Of a stretch of DNA of 27,556 nt, positions 17,960 to 25,781 are shown in pieces. The stretch is taken from assembly GCA_001794905.1 (NCBI GenBank), contig MGLW01000033.1, positions 29,031-56,586 of the forward strand, written 5' to 3'. A program made the translations under genes and the position numbers. Below the pieces are notes generated by a model, which ran no database searches, was not told the DNA's origin, and worked only from the letters and a program-made list of their open reading frames with translations. The stretch is from Chlamydiae bacterium RIFCSPHIGHO2_12_FULL_49_11 (GTDB lineage: Bacteria; Chlamydiota; Chlamydiia; Chlamydiales; 2-12-FULL-49-11). How positions within the stretch are numbered: the first letter of the stretch is position 1; every line of letters begins with the position of its first letter.

Positions 17960-18490
17960 ATGATCACTTTGGTGTGGCAGCATGTTTCGCAAGGCGCCCT
18001 GCGAGGAGTGTTGCAGGTGATGGGGGCAAGTTTATTGCTTGCCGTTTTTGCACAAATCTCACTTCCGCTTATTCCTGTTCCCGTCACGGGGCAAACGTTC
18101 GGTGTAATGCTCATTGCGGCTCTTCTCGGCAAAGAAAAAGCGCTCCTTGCAACCCTTCTTTATATGGCGGAAGCGGCGGCAGGACTCCCCGTACTGGCCC
18201 ACCAGAGTGGCGGCATCCATGCCCTCACCGGTGTGACCGGCGGTTACATTTTCGGTTTTTCCGTCCAGGCGTATTTGATCGGCCTCTCTTTTGAAAGGCG
18301 GCTACCGGCTCCCTTCCTTTGGGGAAGTCTGGTTCAATTGATATTGGGCACCGCATGGCTTGCCGTATTTATAGGTTTTGAAAAGGCGCTCTTTGTGGGG
18401 TGTCTGCCATTTATCCCCGGCGAGCTAATGAAAATTGCCTTAGCAACGACGTGGATTAAAAAATATGCGAATAGCTCTCTACAACGGTGA
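17960..18490 (+). CDS. bioY: BioY biotin transporter (ECF S-component)
   Basis: PVPVTGQTFGV, Y..EAAAGLPV, TGGYIFGF and PFIPGELMK motifs in a very hydrophobic protein. RBS GGAGG precedes ATG 17960; the ORF track's 17699 start is an upstream extension. Confidence 0.92.
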   Translation: MITLVWQHVSQGALRGVLQVMGASLLLAVFAQISLPLIPVPVTGQTFGVMLIAALLGKEKALLATLLYMAEAAAGLPVLAHQSGGIHALTGVTGGYIFGFSVQAYLIGLSFERRLPAPFLWGSLVQLILGTAWLAVFIGFEKALFVGCLPFIPGELMKIALATTWIKKYANSSLQR

Positions 18491-19184
18491 AGGGACGAGG
18501 TCGTCCTGCGTCAGAATGCTGTACATGCATTTTTCGGAGATGGAATGTGAAGTAACGCTCGTCGATCCTGCTTCGATTGCAGGCGTGCTGCAGGAAAAGC
18601 CGACTGCTCTTGTCTTTCCCGGCGGCAGGGACGTTCCATATCATGAAGGGCTACAAGGGGATCTCAATCGGAAAATCCGGGATTACGTGCAGGGTGGCGG
18701 GCATTTTATCGGGATCTGCGCGGGTGGCTACTACGGGACAAGTTATACCGAATTTGATCGGGGAGGACCTCTCGAGGTCGCCTCCTCTCGCGAGCTGCGA
18801 TTTTTCCCGGGACGCGCCGTTGGCCCGGCGTTCCCTTTTCCCCGTTTTTGCTATGATAGCGAGCAGGGAGCAAGGCCTGCCCGTCTACAAGTTGGCCGGG
18901 AGAGCATGTTTGCCTACTTCAATGGCGGCTGTTACTTTGAAAATGCCGAGGAGTATCCCGGGGTAAGGGTGATTGCCCGCTATGCCGAACTCGCAAACCG
19001 GCCGGCTGCCATCGTGCAATGCCGGTGTGGAGAAGGGAAAGCCGCTCTGTTCGGTGTCCATCCCGAATTTCCCCTCACCGTTTTGCCCGAGGGAAGCGGC
19101 ATGCGTACCGAGGATATAGTGCGAAAAAGATTTTTTATGAATTATCTGCAAAGGTTTGTGCGAGATGAGCAGTGTGATTTTTAG
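18465..19184 (+). CDS. Stand-alone BPL_N domain protein (class I glutamine amidotransferase-like fold)
   Basis: YNGEG, LVFPGGRDVPY, GGHFIGICAGGYYG, YFNGGCYF and GVHPE motifs. No BirA catalytic domain follows. Confidence 0.85.
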   Translation: MRIALYNGEGTRSSCVRMLYMHFSEMECEVTLVDPASIAGVLQEKPTALVFPGGRDVPYHEGLQGDLNRKIRDYVQGGGHFIGICAGGYYGTSYTEFDRGGPLEVASSRELRFFPGRAVGPAFPFPRFCYDSEQGARPARLQVGRESMFAYFNGGCYFENAEEYPGVRVIARYAELANRPAAIVQCRCGEGKAALFGVHPEFPLTVLPEGSGMRTEDIVRKRFFMNYLQRFVRDEQCDF

Positions 19185-19192
19185 ATTTCATA

Positions 19193-20221
19193 ATGAAAGG
19201 GGATAGACTTGTGATCCGATGTGTTTTCTGTATTTTCCTTTGGCAGATCCTGTTTGCAATTCCGGTCGACACGTTCTACGGGACGCTGGAGGTGACCGAG
19301 CCGGTGCTCATCGATCTGATTGAAAGCCCTTGCATGCAAAGGCTAAAGCTCATCCACCAGTACGGTGTGGCTTACTATACGACGCATTCGGAGGAATATT
19401 CACGCTACGACCACTCCATCGGTGTGTTTGCCGTTTTGCGCCTCAAAGGAGCGTCGTTGCAAGAGCAAATTGCAGGTCTTCTCCACGATGTCTCCCATAC
19501 CGTATTTTCCCACGTCGGAGACTGGGTGTTCGGTAAGGCTAACGAGGAGAAAGATTATCAAAATAGCATCCACCTGGAATTTTTGGAAAAGTGCGGAGCG
19601 GTGAAAATTTTGGCACGGCACGGGATTAAGGCTGAAAGCGTGATGCCAACATCCGAACTTTGTCCCCTTCTTGAGAAACCTCTGCCTGACCTCTGTGCCG
19701 ACCGGATCGAATATAATTTGCAGGGTGCCTACCACCGAGGGTTCATAACACGGGAAGAGGCGCGGCGCCTTGTGGATGATTTTTGTATCATGGATGGGGA
19801 GTGGGTCTCGACAAATGTCGATCTCCTCCTCAAGATGGCACGGTTTTCCCTTTTCATGAATGAACAATGTTGGGGAAGCGTTGACAATTACCTGAGATCG
19901 ATGTGGCTTGCCGAAGCTCTCTTGCGCGGAAGTGAAATCGGGGTGCTTTCTCTCGATGATATCCGCTACGGAACCGATGATGCCGTATGGAAACGGATGA
20001 AGGAGAGCGAGGATGAAATGATTCGATCGCTTATGCTTCGGGTACGGTTCCTTTCCGATTCCAAAGTGGCTGCAAATAAGGTGCTCCGGTGCAGGTTCCG
20101 TGGGGTTGACCCGAAGGTTCTTTGTGTGGCGGGAATTCGACGCCTCTCTGAAATTCATTCCGAATTTGGCCGCGAATTTAGAACGATGAAAGAGCGATAT
20201 GCGCAAGGATTTTCAGGATGA
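19193..20221 (+). CDS. HD-domain phosphohydrolase (dNTPase/SAMHD1-like motif set) with an N-terminal signal-like peptide
   Basis: MQRLKLIHQYG, RYDHSIG, LLHDVSHTVFSH and ADRIEY motifs; hydrophobic N-terminus CVFCIFLWQILFA. An alternative GTG start at 19211 has an AAGGGGA RBS. Confidence 0.85.
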   Translation: MKGDRLVIRCVFCIFLWQILFAIPVDTFYGTLEVTEPVLIDLIESPCMQRLKLIHQYGVAYYTTHSEEYSRYDHSIGVFAVLRLKGASLQEQIAGLLHDVSHTVFSHVGDWVFGKANEEKDYQNSIHLEFLEKCGAVKILARHGIKAESVMPTSELCPLLEKPLPDLCADRIEYNLQGAYHRGFITREEARRLVDDFCIMDGEWVSTNVDLLLKMARFSLFMNEQCWGSVDNYLRSMWLAEALLRGSEIGVLSLDDIRYGTDDAVWKRMKESEDEMIRSLMLRVRFLSDSKVAANKVLRCRFRGVDPKVLCVAGIRRLSEIHSEFGREFRTMKERYAQGFSG

Positions 20222-20375
20222 CAAACCCTAAAATCCATGACCAAATTGGGGTTTCCGATTTCACTTAACAATAATCCGAAAAAGTCGGAAACTTGTGTTT
20301 AGCAAGCGATCTCAGACTGAGCCCGGCTTGGGAGGTCGCTTAAAAAAAATGCCTAACACAGGTGAAATATAAATT

Positions 20376-20501
20376 ATGGACATGAAAAAGAAAGATAAAA
20401 AACAAGACAACAAATTTCGGTCTAACTCATCCACTGCTACAATGCAAAAACCTGCTCAAGCTCAAAAAGGCAAAGAGCAAGCCCCACAAAAAAAGAAATA
20501 G
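20376..20501 (+). CDS. Small basic protein, 41 aa (MDMKKKDKKQDNKFRSNSSTATMQKPAQAQKGKEQAPQKKK)
   Basis: Translated by hand, as it is shorter than the ORFs in the track. AGGTGA lies 10 nt upstream and a plus-strand terminator lies 14 nt downstream. Confidence 0.6.
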   Translation: MDMKKKDKKQDNKFRSNSSTATMQKPAQAQKGKEQAPQKKK

Positions 20502-20515
20502 TGGTTCTTAATTCC

Positions 20516-20550
20516 AAACAAGGCATGCCCTACGGCATGCCTTGTTTTTT
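20516..20550. terminator. Intrinsic, probably bidirectional terminator AAACAAGGCATGCC-ctac-GGCATGCCTTGTTT-TTT
   Basis: Perfect 14-bp inverted repeat with a 4-nt loop that contains the folD stop codon, and a T-tract on the + strand. Confidence 0.85.
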
Positions 20551-21363
20551 GATCGTATTCTGCATCAGGCACGCGATCGTCATGGGTCCTACCCCGCCCG
20601 GGACGGGGGAGATCGCGGCAACATGATTTACCAAGCTTTCAAAATCAGCGTCACCGCACAGTTTTCCTTCGCGGCGCGAAATACCGACATCCACGACCAC
20701 TGATCGGGGAGATACCATCCCCCTCTGAATCAGATGCGGAATTCCCGAGCACGCCACCACGATATCAGCCGCTTTTGTGTGCCGGGAAAGGTTTTCTGTC
20801 GCAGTATGGCATACCGTGACTGTGGCGTTATACCTTTTTTGCATGAGAAGATTGGCAAGAGGTTTTCCGACAATGGTGCTTCTTCCCACGATGACCACAT
20901 GTTTGGACTCCCATGACAAACCTGATTTTTCTACAAGAAGCGTGATTCCAAGAGGGGTACAAGGGACAAAACCGGACGGGTCGCTATAAAAGAGTTTTCC
21001 CTGGTTGACCGGATGAAAACCGTCCACATCCTTTTCGGGATCGATGGAGAAAATAACTTTACGGGCATCGATTTGCGGCGGCAGGGGCATTTGAACCAGG
21101 ATGCCGTCGATGTGCGGGTCAAGATTGAGTTTTTCGATTTCCCCAAGGAGCTCTTTTTCGGTGATGAGCGTGGGAAGACGTACGATCCGGGAGCGGATTC
21201 CCGTACGAAGACAAGCTTTTGCTTTCATGTTCACATAGGTGAAGGAAGGCGCATGTTCTCCGACAAGAACAAAAGCAAGTCCGGGGGAGCGTGAAAAAGT
21301 TTGCACTTTTCTTGCAACCTCGTCCAAGATAGTATCTGCGATGGCTTTACCGTTTAAAATCAT
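20530..21363 (-). CDS. folD: Bifunctional methylenetetrahydrofolate dehydrogenase/cyclohydrolase
   Basis: YVNMK, GILVQMPLP, KDVDGFHP, PCTPLG, GRSTIVGKP and PVPGGVGPMT motifs. Confidence 0.97.
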   Translation of the reverse strand: MILNGKAIADTILDEVARKVQTFSRSPGLAFVLVGEHAPSFTYVNMKAKACLRTGIRSRIVRLPTLITEKELLGEIEKLNLDPHIDGILVQMPLPPQIDARKVIFSIDPEKDVDGFHPVNQGKLFYSDPSGFVPCTPLGITLLVEKSGLSWESKHVVIVGRSTIVGKPLANLLMQKRYNATVTVCHTATENLSRHTKAADIVVACSGIPHLIQRGMVSPRSVVVDVGISRREGKLCGDADFESLVNHVAAISPVPGGVGPMTIACLMQNTIKKQGMP

Positions 21364-22133
21364 AACTTATTTAAAATAGTGTGGTACAATTTCGGATTTG
21401 ATGCAACGATCGATTCTTTTTGGGTGGGGAGCAAATCTTTCTGCTGCCAGTTTGTAACTATCCCGCCCGCTTCTTGTACGATGAGGGCGCCGGCGGCAAA
21501 ATCCCATGGAAGGACGTCGTGTTCAATGAAGGCTTCGAGCGCTCCTTTCGCAACATAACACAGGTCAAGGGCAGTGGCACCCGTATGGCGGATCACGCCC
21601 GCCTCACCGGTAAGGTTATGGGTGAGCATAAGACCGCTCCGGAGGGAAATGCCGGCACTTTCCAAATTTTCGACCGGACTCGTATGGATTGGAAAGCTGT
21701 TGAGCGTGGCGCCTTTGCCCTTTTTTCCCACGTAGAGTTCGCCGGCCATCGGGTCGATGACAATTCCCAAAATCAGTTGATCTTTGTAACTAAGGCCTAT
21801 CGAGGTGCAGAAGGAAGGGATTTTGCGAACAAAGTTCCATGTGCCGTCAATCGGATCGACAATCCACGTAAAATTGGAACCAAGTTGGTTATATCCCGTT
21901 TCTTCTCCCAGGATCGAATGGTCCGGAAATTCTTTCCGGATCGTTTGAATGATTTCCTTCTCAATCCACTTGTCGTACTCGGTCACATAGTCGTGCGCGT
22001 TCGACTTGATTTCAAATTTCACGATATGAAAATAGGCTTCGGATAATATTTCTTTCGCTCGCAAGGCGGCTTCACTCGCTACGGCAAAAAGCTCGGAGAG
22101 GGAAATCGTATCGTAAATAGGGTCGTGACTCAT
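21360..22133 (-). CDS. suhB: Inositol monophosphatase family protein (SuhB-like)
   Basis: DYVTEYD, ILGEE, WIVDPIDGTWNF and PWDFAAG motifs. Start reassigned to ATG 22133, which overlaps the upstream stop as ATGA. Confidence 0.85.
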   Translation of the reverse strand: MSHDPIYDTISLSELFAVASEAALRAKEILSEAYFHIVKFEIKSNAHDYVTEYDKWIEKEIIQTIRKEFPDHSILGEETGYNQLGSNFTWIVDPIDGTWNFVRKIPSFCTSIGLSYKDQLILGIVIDPMAGELYVGKKGKGATLNSFPIHTSPVENLESAGISLRSGLMLTHNLTGEAGVIRHTGATALDLCYVAKGALEAFIEHDVLPWDFAAGALIVQEAGGIVTNWQQKDLLPTQKESIVASNPKLYHTILNKL

Positions 22134-22630
22134 CTCCGAACCAATTTCAATAACGGTCTCTGATATTTTTTGATCAAAAACAAAGGAAGAAAAAAGGTGA
22201 GAGTCGCGGCTGCAGCATCGAGCAGGGGATAGATCATGATGTCGGTACAAACGGTTTTCCAGGTGAATTTCAAATTCGGATCGCTAAAGGGGTAAAAGAT
22301 CATAAAGAGGGTGTTTCCGATCATTCCGCATAAGGTTGCAAAAAGAGAGAGGGAGAGGATCTTTTCCTTGTCGAAATATTTTTGCATCCGGCGTGCCGCA
22401 AGAAAGGTGAGCATGTAGAGCAGGGCGTGCATTCCGAAAAAGGTGCTCTGAGATGCTACGTCTCGAAAAAATCCTAGGGAAAAGGCGATCCAGAGAGAAA
22501 CGGAAAGGGAAAACTGAAGCGCGAGAAGGGGAAAAAGGCCGAAAATAAGCGAGAGGTGCCACTCATCGCACACCCTTCCCCACATCAAATGAGCCGTAAA
22601 ATAGACGAGGAGAGGGAGAAGCTTTTCCAT
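22130..22630 (-). CDS. mreD: MreD-like integral membrane protein
   Basis: 166 aa with about five TM segments and the pattern WIAFSLGFFRD..FFGMHALLY, resembling the MreD AF..G...D......G..AL core. Confidence 0.6.
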   Translation of the reverse strand: MEKLLPLLVYFTAHLMWGRVCDEWHLSLIFGLFPLLALQFSLSVSLWIAFSLGFFRDVASQSTFFGMHALLYMLTFLAARRMQKYFDKEKILSLSLFATLCGMIGNTLFMIFYPFSDPNLKFTWKTVCTDIMIYPLLDAAAATLTFFLPLFLIKKYQRPLLKLVRR

Positions 22631-23628
22631 TACATTGCCTTTCTATGGCCGGCTGCCCCGTCGATAAAATTTGCTTCTAGGTACCCCTCGAGCTTGACCG
22701 TGTCGGCAATGAAATTGCGGATGCCTTCATGCAGTTTTTCGGTGGCCATTTCACTTTCGCAAATCACGTATCTGAACGACTTTTCGTCCAGCCGGAGCTC
22801 CTGAAGACGGGCATTTTGTGCATTTTCGGGCGAAAGGCGTCTTTCGACGGTCCCTTTGGCTTCCTGCAGCTCCTTGAGAAATTCGGGGGAGATTGTGAGC
22901 AAATCGCAACCGGCGAGGTAGAGAATTTCATCGACGTTGCGGAAAGAAGCCCCCATCACCTGGGTGTTTTTTCCATACAGTTTTAGATAATGGTAAATGT
23001 CGGAAACCGACTTTACTCCCAAGTCTTCATCAGCGGGGATTTTATCTCGGTTTTCTTTTTTCTTTTGCCAGTCAAGAATACGGCCGACAAAAGGGGAGAC
23101 AAGGGTTGCGCCGACCTCGGCCGCTTTGGCTGCCTGGGCAATATGGAACATCAGTGTCATGTTGCAATGAATACCCTCACGCTCAAGTACTTGAGCTGCC
23201 ATCATACCTTCCCATGTCGAGGCGAGCTTGATTAAAATCCTCTCTTTCCGAATTCCGGCCTCTTCATATAGTTTGATATACTCGTGGGCACGACGGATGC
23301 TCCCTTCCACATCGAAGGAGAGGCGGGCATCGACTTCGGTGGAAACACGGCCCGGGATGATTTTCAAAATTTCGGTGCCGAAAATGACGAAAAGCTTCAC
23401 GATCACTTGGTCCATGAAAGCGCGGCCATGGGCTCCCGAGGCATGCGCAAAGTCCACGGCTTCACGGAGTAAATGCCGATATTCCGATTTTTGCGCCGCT
23501 TTATAAATCAGCGAAGGGTTTGTGGTGGCGTCTTGAGGCTTATATTGTTTGATCATGTCAATATCACCCGTATCGGCGACAATTGTTGTTAACTTTTTAA
23601 GACTAGATAGTTTCGATTTTTCTAACAC
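22630..23628 (-). CDS. tal: Transaldolase (TalB type)
   Basis: VADTGD, DATTNPSLI, GRVSTEVDARLSF, Schiff-base motif LIKLASTWEG, SPFVGRI and GASFRN; GTG start. Confidence 0.97.
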   Translation of the reverse strand: MLEKSKLSSLKKLTTIVADTGDIDMIKQYKPQDATTNPSLIYKAAQKSEYRHLLREAVDFAHASGAHGRAFMDQVIVKLFVIFGTEILKIIPGRVSTEVDARLSFDVEGSIRRAHEYIKLYEEAGIRKERILIKLASTWEGMMAAQVLEREGIHCNMTLMFHIAQAAKAAEVGATLVSPFVGRILDWQKKKENRDKIPADEDLGVKSVSDIYHYLKLYGKNTQVMGASFRNVDEILYLAGCDLLTISPEFLKELQEAKGTVERRLSPENAQNARLQELRLDEKSFRYVICESEMATEKLHEGIRNFIADTVKLEGYLEANFIDGAAGHRKAM

Positions 23629-23694
23629 AAAATCCCCCTTCCCTCTTTTTTCTTTAGCAAAACAGCTCCGCCCTTTTTTGAAAAGGCCTACTAT

Positions 23695-23955
23695 CTAAGA
23701 TGAGGTCGTTCCCTGGTGATCTTTCACGAAGCCGAAGCAAATTCCGAAAATGGCGGCCGAGATAAAAATCAGCCAGCCGCGTTCAAACTTGCTGATATTT
23801 TCTTCCATCTCTTTCGATTTCACCGCATTGTTGACGCGAAACTGCCGGTTCAGGCCGGTCATGGGAACGGCCTCGTCGTCCTTGATAGGCCGGCGCGGCA
23901 GAGCAAACATCGCACTCGAACTGAAAATGATAAGGACAAGCAGCCATTTTTTCAT
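23695..23955 (-). CDS. Small exported membrane-anchored hypothetical protein (86 aa)
   Basis: Signal peptide MKKWLLVLIIFSSSAMFA and a C-terminal TM segment GWLIFISAAIFGICFGFV. Confidence 0.7.
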   Translation of the reverse strand: MKKWLLVLIIFSSSAMFALPRRPIKDDEAVPMTGLNRQFRVNNAVKSKEMEENISKFERGWLIFISAAIFGICFGFVKDHQGTTSS

Positions 23956-23991
23956 GAAGCAAAGTCTATCCCAAATGAAAAAAAAAGTGAA

Positions 23992-24261
23992 TCAGAAAAC
24001 GTTGCTCGTTGTCGGAGCCGTGGAGGAGCTGGTTGAAGAAGACGAATCGGCGATAAACCCGCAGAGGACAGCGGTGGCCAAAAAGAAAAGGATGCCCCAT
24101 GCAACCTGGCCCGCGGCAATTTTCTTTTGATTCTTGTCTCCGGGCTGATACGAATATTCTTCCGATTTTTCGGTATTGAGATAAGTTTCGCCCCATTCTT
24201 CGCACATCCCACGGGTGGCGGTGAGCATCATTATTGCAACAATTATGATTTTTCCATTCAT
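23992..24261 (-). CDS. Small exported membrane-anchored hypothetical protein (89 aa)
   Basis: RBS AGAGGT, signal-like N-terminus, C-terminal TM segment AWGILFFLATAVLCGFI and a Ser/Thr-rich tail. Confidence 0.7.
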   Translation of the reverse strand: MNGKIIIVAIMMLTATRGMCEEWGETYLNTEKSEEYSYQPGDKNQKKIAAGQVAWGILFFLATAVLCGFIADSSSSTSSSTAPTTSNVF

Positions 24262-24378
24262 AATTATATATACCTCTATTTTTCGTGTTATTTTTCCACG
24301 AATTCTTTCGCAAGGATTTTCTTTTCTGTAATTCGAAAATCGGGTATTATCCGTCCGAATTATCTGAGAGGCTAAGAC

Positions 24379-25005
24379 ATGACACTACTCCAATCGGAAG
24401 ATAAGATCCAAAAAATCTGCGACACCATCACCAAAGAGACGCTCGTGCCGGCTGAAAAAAAAGCGGAACAGATCGTCGAAAAGGCAAAACGGGACGCCGA
24501 GAAAATCCTCCAGGATGCTTCTGATGAAGCGGATGCAATTCGCGAAAGGCTGTCGCGCGATCTTATGGTCGAAAAAGAATCGTTTCATACTTCCCTTGAA
24601 CTCTCCGCACGGCAAGTGGCGTCGGATTTACGGCAAAAGATCATCCGTCAACTCTTTGTGAAAGAGCTCCAAAAGAGCGTTCAAGAGGCCTTGAGCGAGA
24701 AAGAAGTCGTCGGCAATATTATCCGGGTGATTACGGAAGCGATCCGGGAAAGCGGACTTGATACTAATGTGCAGGTCATTCTTCCCGAAAGGCTGAAAAT
24801 GGCGGATCTCGCCGGAGCAATCGTAAAAAAAATTTTAAAAGCCGATCAAGGTAAAGTGGTTGAACTTAAGGGACTCAAGGCAGGGGTGCAAGTGAAAGTG
24901 GAAAAAGAAGGGTTTACGATCGACCTTTCCGATGATGGCGTCCTTCATCTTCTCCTCGAGTATATTCCACGGGAAATGCGGCAAAAGGTGTTTGGCAATT
25001 TGTGA
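24379..25005 (+). CDS. atpE: V-type ATP synthase subunit E
   Basis: N-terminal DKIQKICD..ETL.PA coiled coil; first gene of a chlamydia-style E-DUF2764-A operon. Symbol follows the V-type naming. Confidence 0.85.
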   Translation: MTLLQSEDKIQKICDTITKETLVPAEKKAEQIVEKAKRDAEKILQDASDEADAIRERLSRDLMVEKESFHTSLELSARQVASDLRQKIIRQLFVKELQKSVQEALSEKEVVGNIIRVITEAIRESGLDTNVQVILPERLKMADLAGAIVKKILKADQGKVVELKGLKAGVQVKVEKEGFTIDLSDDGVLHLLLEYIPREMRQKVFGNL

Positions 25006-25781
25006 AACAAGTGTTCGTCTATGCAAGTTTGGAAGAACTTTCATTTTCAGGGAGGCCTGAAATGAAAAGTGAGACGTTCACATTGCTCCTCAAGAACAAC
25101 TTGTCCCAAGCCTCTTTGAGAAAGGCAGGTAGCCTCAAACTCTTGCTCGATTTAAAAAACATCTATTCGCTCCTTGCGGAGAGGCCGTTTGACCGGCGGG
25201 GCAGTATCTCCAAGACTGCGCTGAAAAGCTTTCTCGCCGCAGAAGAAAACCTGCCCTCCTATGTATTCGAATTTTTTGATTCGTATCAAACTCGAAATGA
25301 ACAAATAACAAATTTCCCCCAACTCCTTTCCCGCTATTTTCAAACCGAAATCAAAGCCAAGACGAGAATCGTAGCCGAGTTTCTCCGGTTCGAGTACGAC
25401 ATGTCCATTCTCTCAAGCGCATACCTGGCGCGATTTCGCGGCATTCCGATCGAACATGCGCTGAAAAATGAGGATATGGATAATCCGACGGTTCTGATGC
25501 TCATAGCGCAAAAAGACGGTACAAGGCCCCTTGTCTTTCCTTCGGAATTTTCCGATCTGGAGAAGAGGCTGACCGAAGTGGAATCCCTCCCCTTTGAAAT
25601 GATGCAGGCATTTGAAGAGCGGCGCTTTGAATACTATCGCGGGCAGATGAACCGGCTTCCGTTTACACTGAGGGCGATACTTGCCTACATGATGCAGCTC
25701 TGGACGGTGGAAGAATTTTTTGCGTTGCAGGATTGCGATACGGCGGCATGGATGGAAAAGATTGTGGAGGACGTTTCATGA
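25002..25781 (+). CDS. DUF2764-family protein (putative V-ATPase subunit C equivalent)
   Basis: Lies between V-ATPase E and A with overlapping start/stop codons; DLKNI..L, FLRFE and F....ILAY patterns. Confidence 0.75.
   Translation: MKQVFVYASLEELSFSGRPEMKSETFTLLLKNNLSQASLRKAGSLKLLLDLKNIYSLLAERPFDRRGSISKTALKSFLAAEENLPSYVFEFFDSYQTRNEQITNFPQLLSRYFQTEIKAKTRIVAEFLRFEYDMSILSSAYLARFRGIPIEHALKNEDMDNPTVLMLIAQKDGTRPLVFPSEFSDLEKRLTEVESLPFEMMQAFEERRFEYYRGQMNRLPFTLRAILAYMMQLWTVEEFFALQDCDTAAWMEKIVEDVS

Noticed and set aside
19400-20206. 268-aa antisense ORF over the HD gene (likewise 4744-5367, 21420-22046, 26102-26761)
   Set aside because: Fully antisense to confident CDSs, with no motifs or evident RBS.
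20300-20345. ZTP (pfl) riboswitch, suggested by GACTG..GGGAG near folD
   Set aside because: It lies downstream of and antisense to folD and lacks the GACTGGCG and 3' CGCCTGGG elements.
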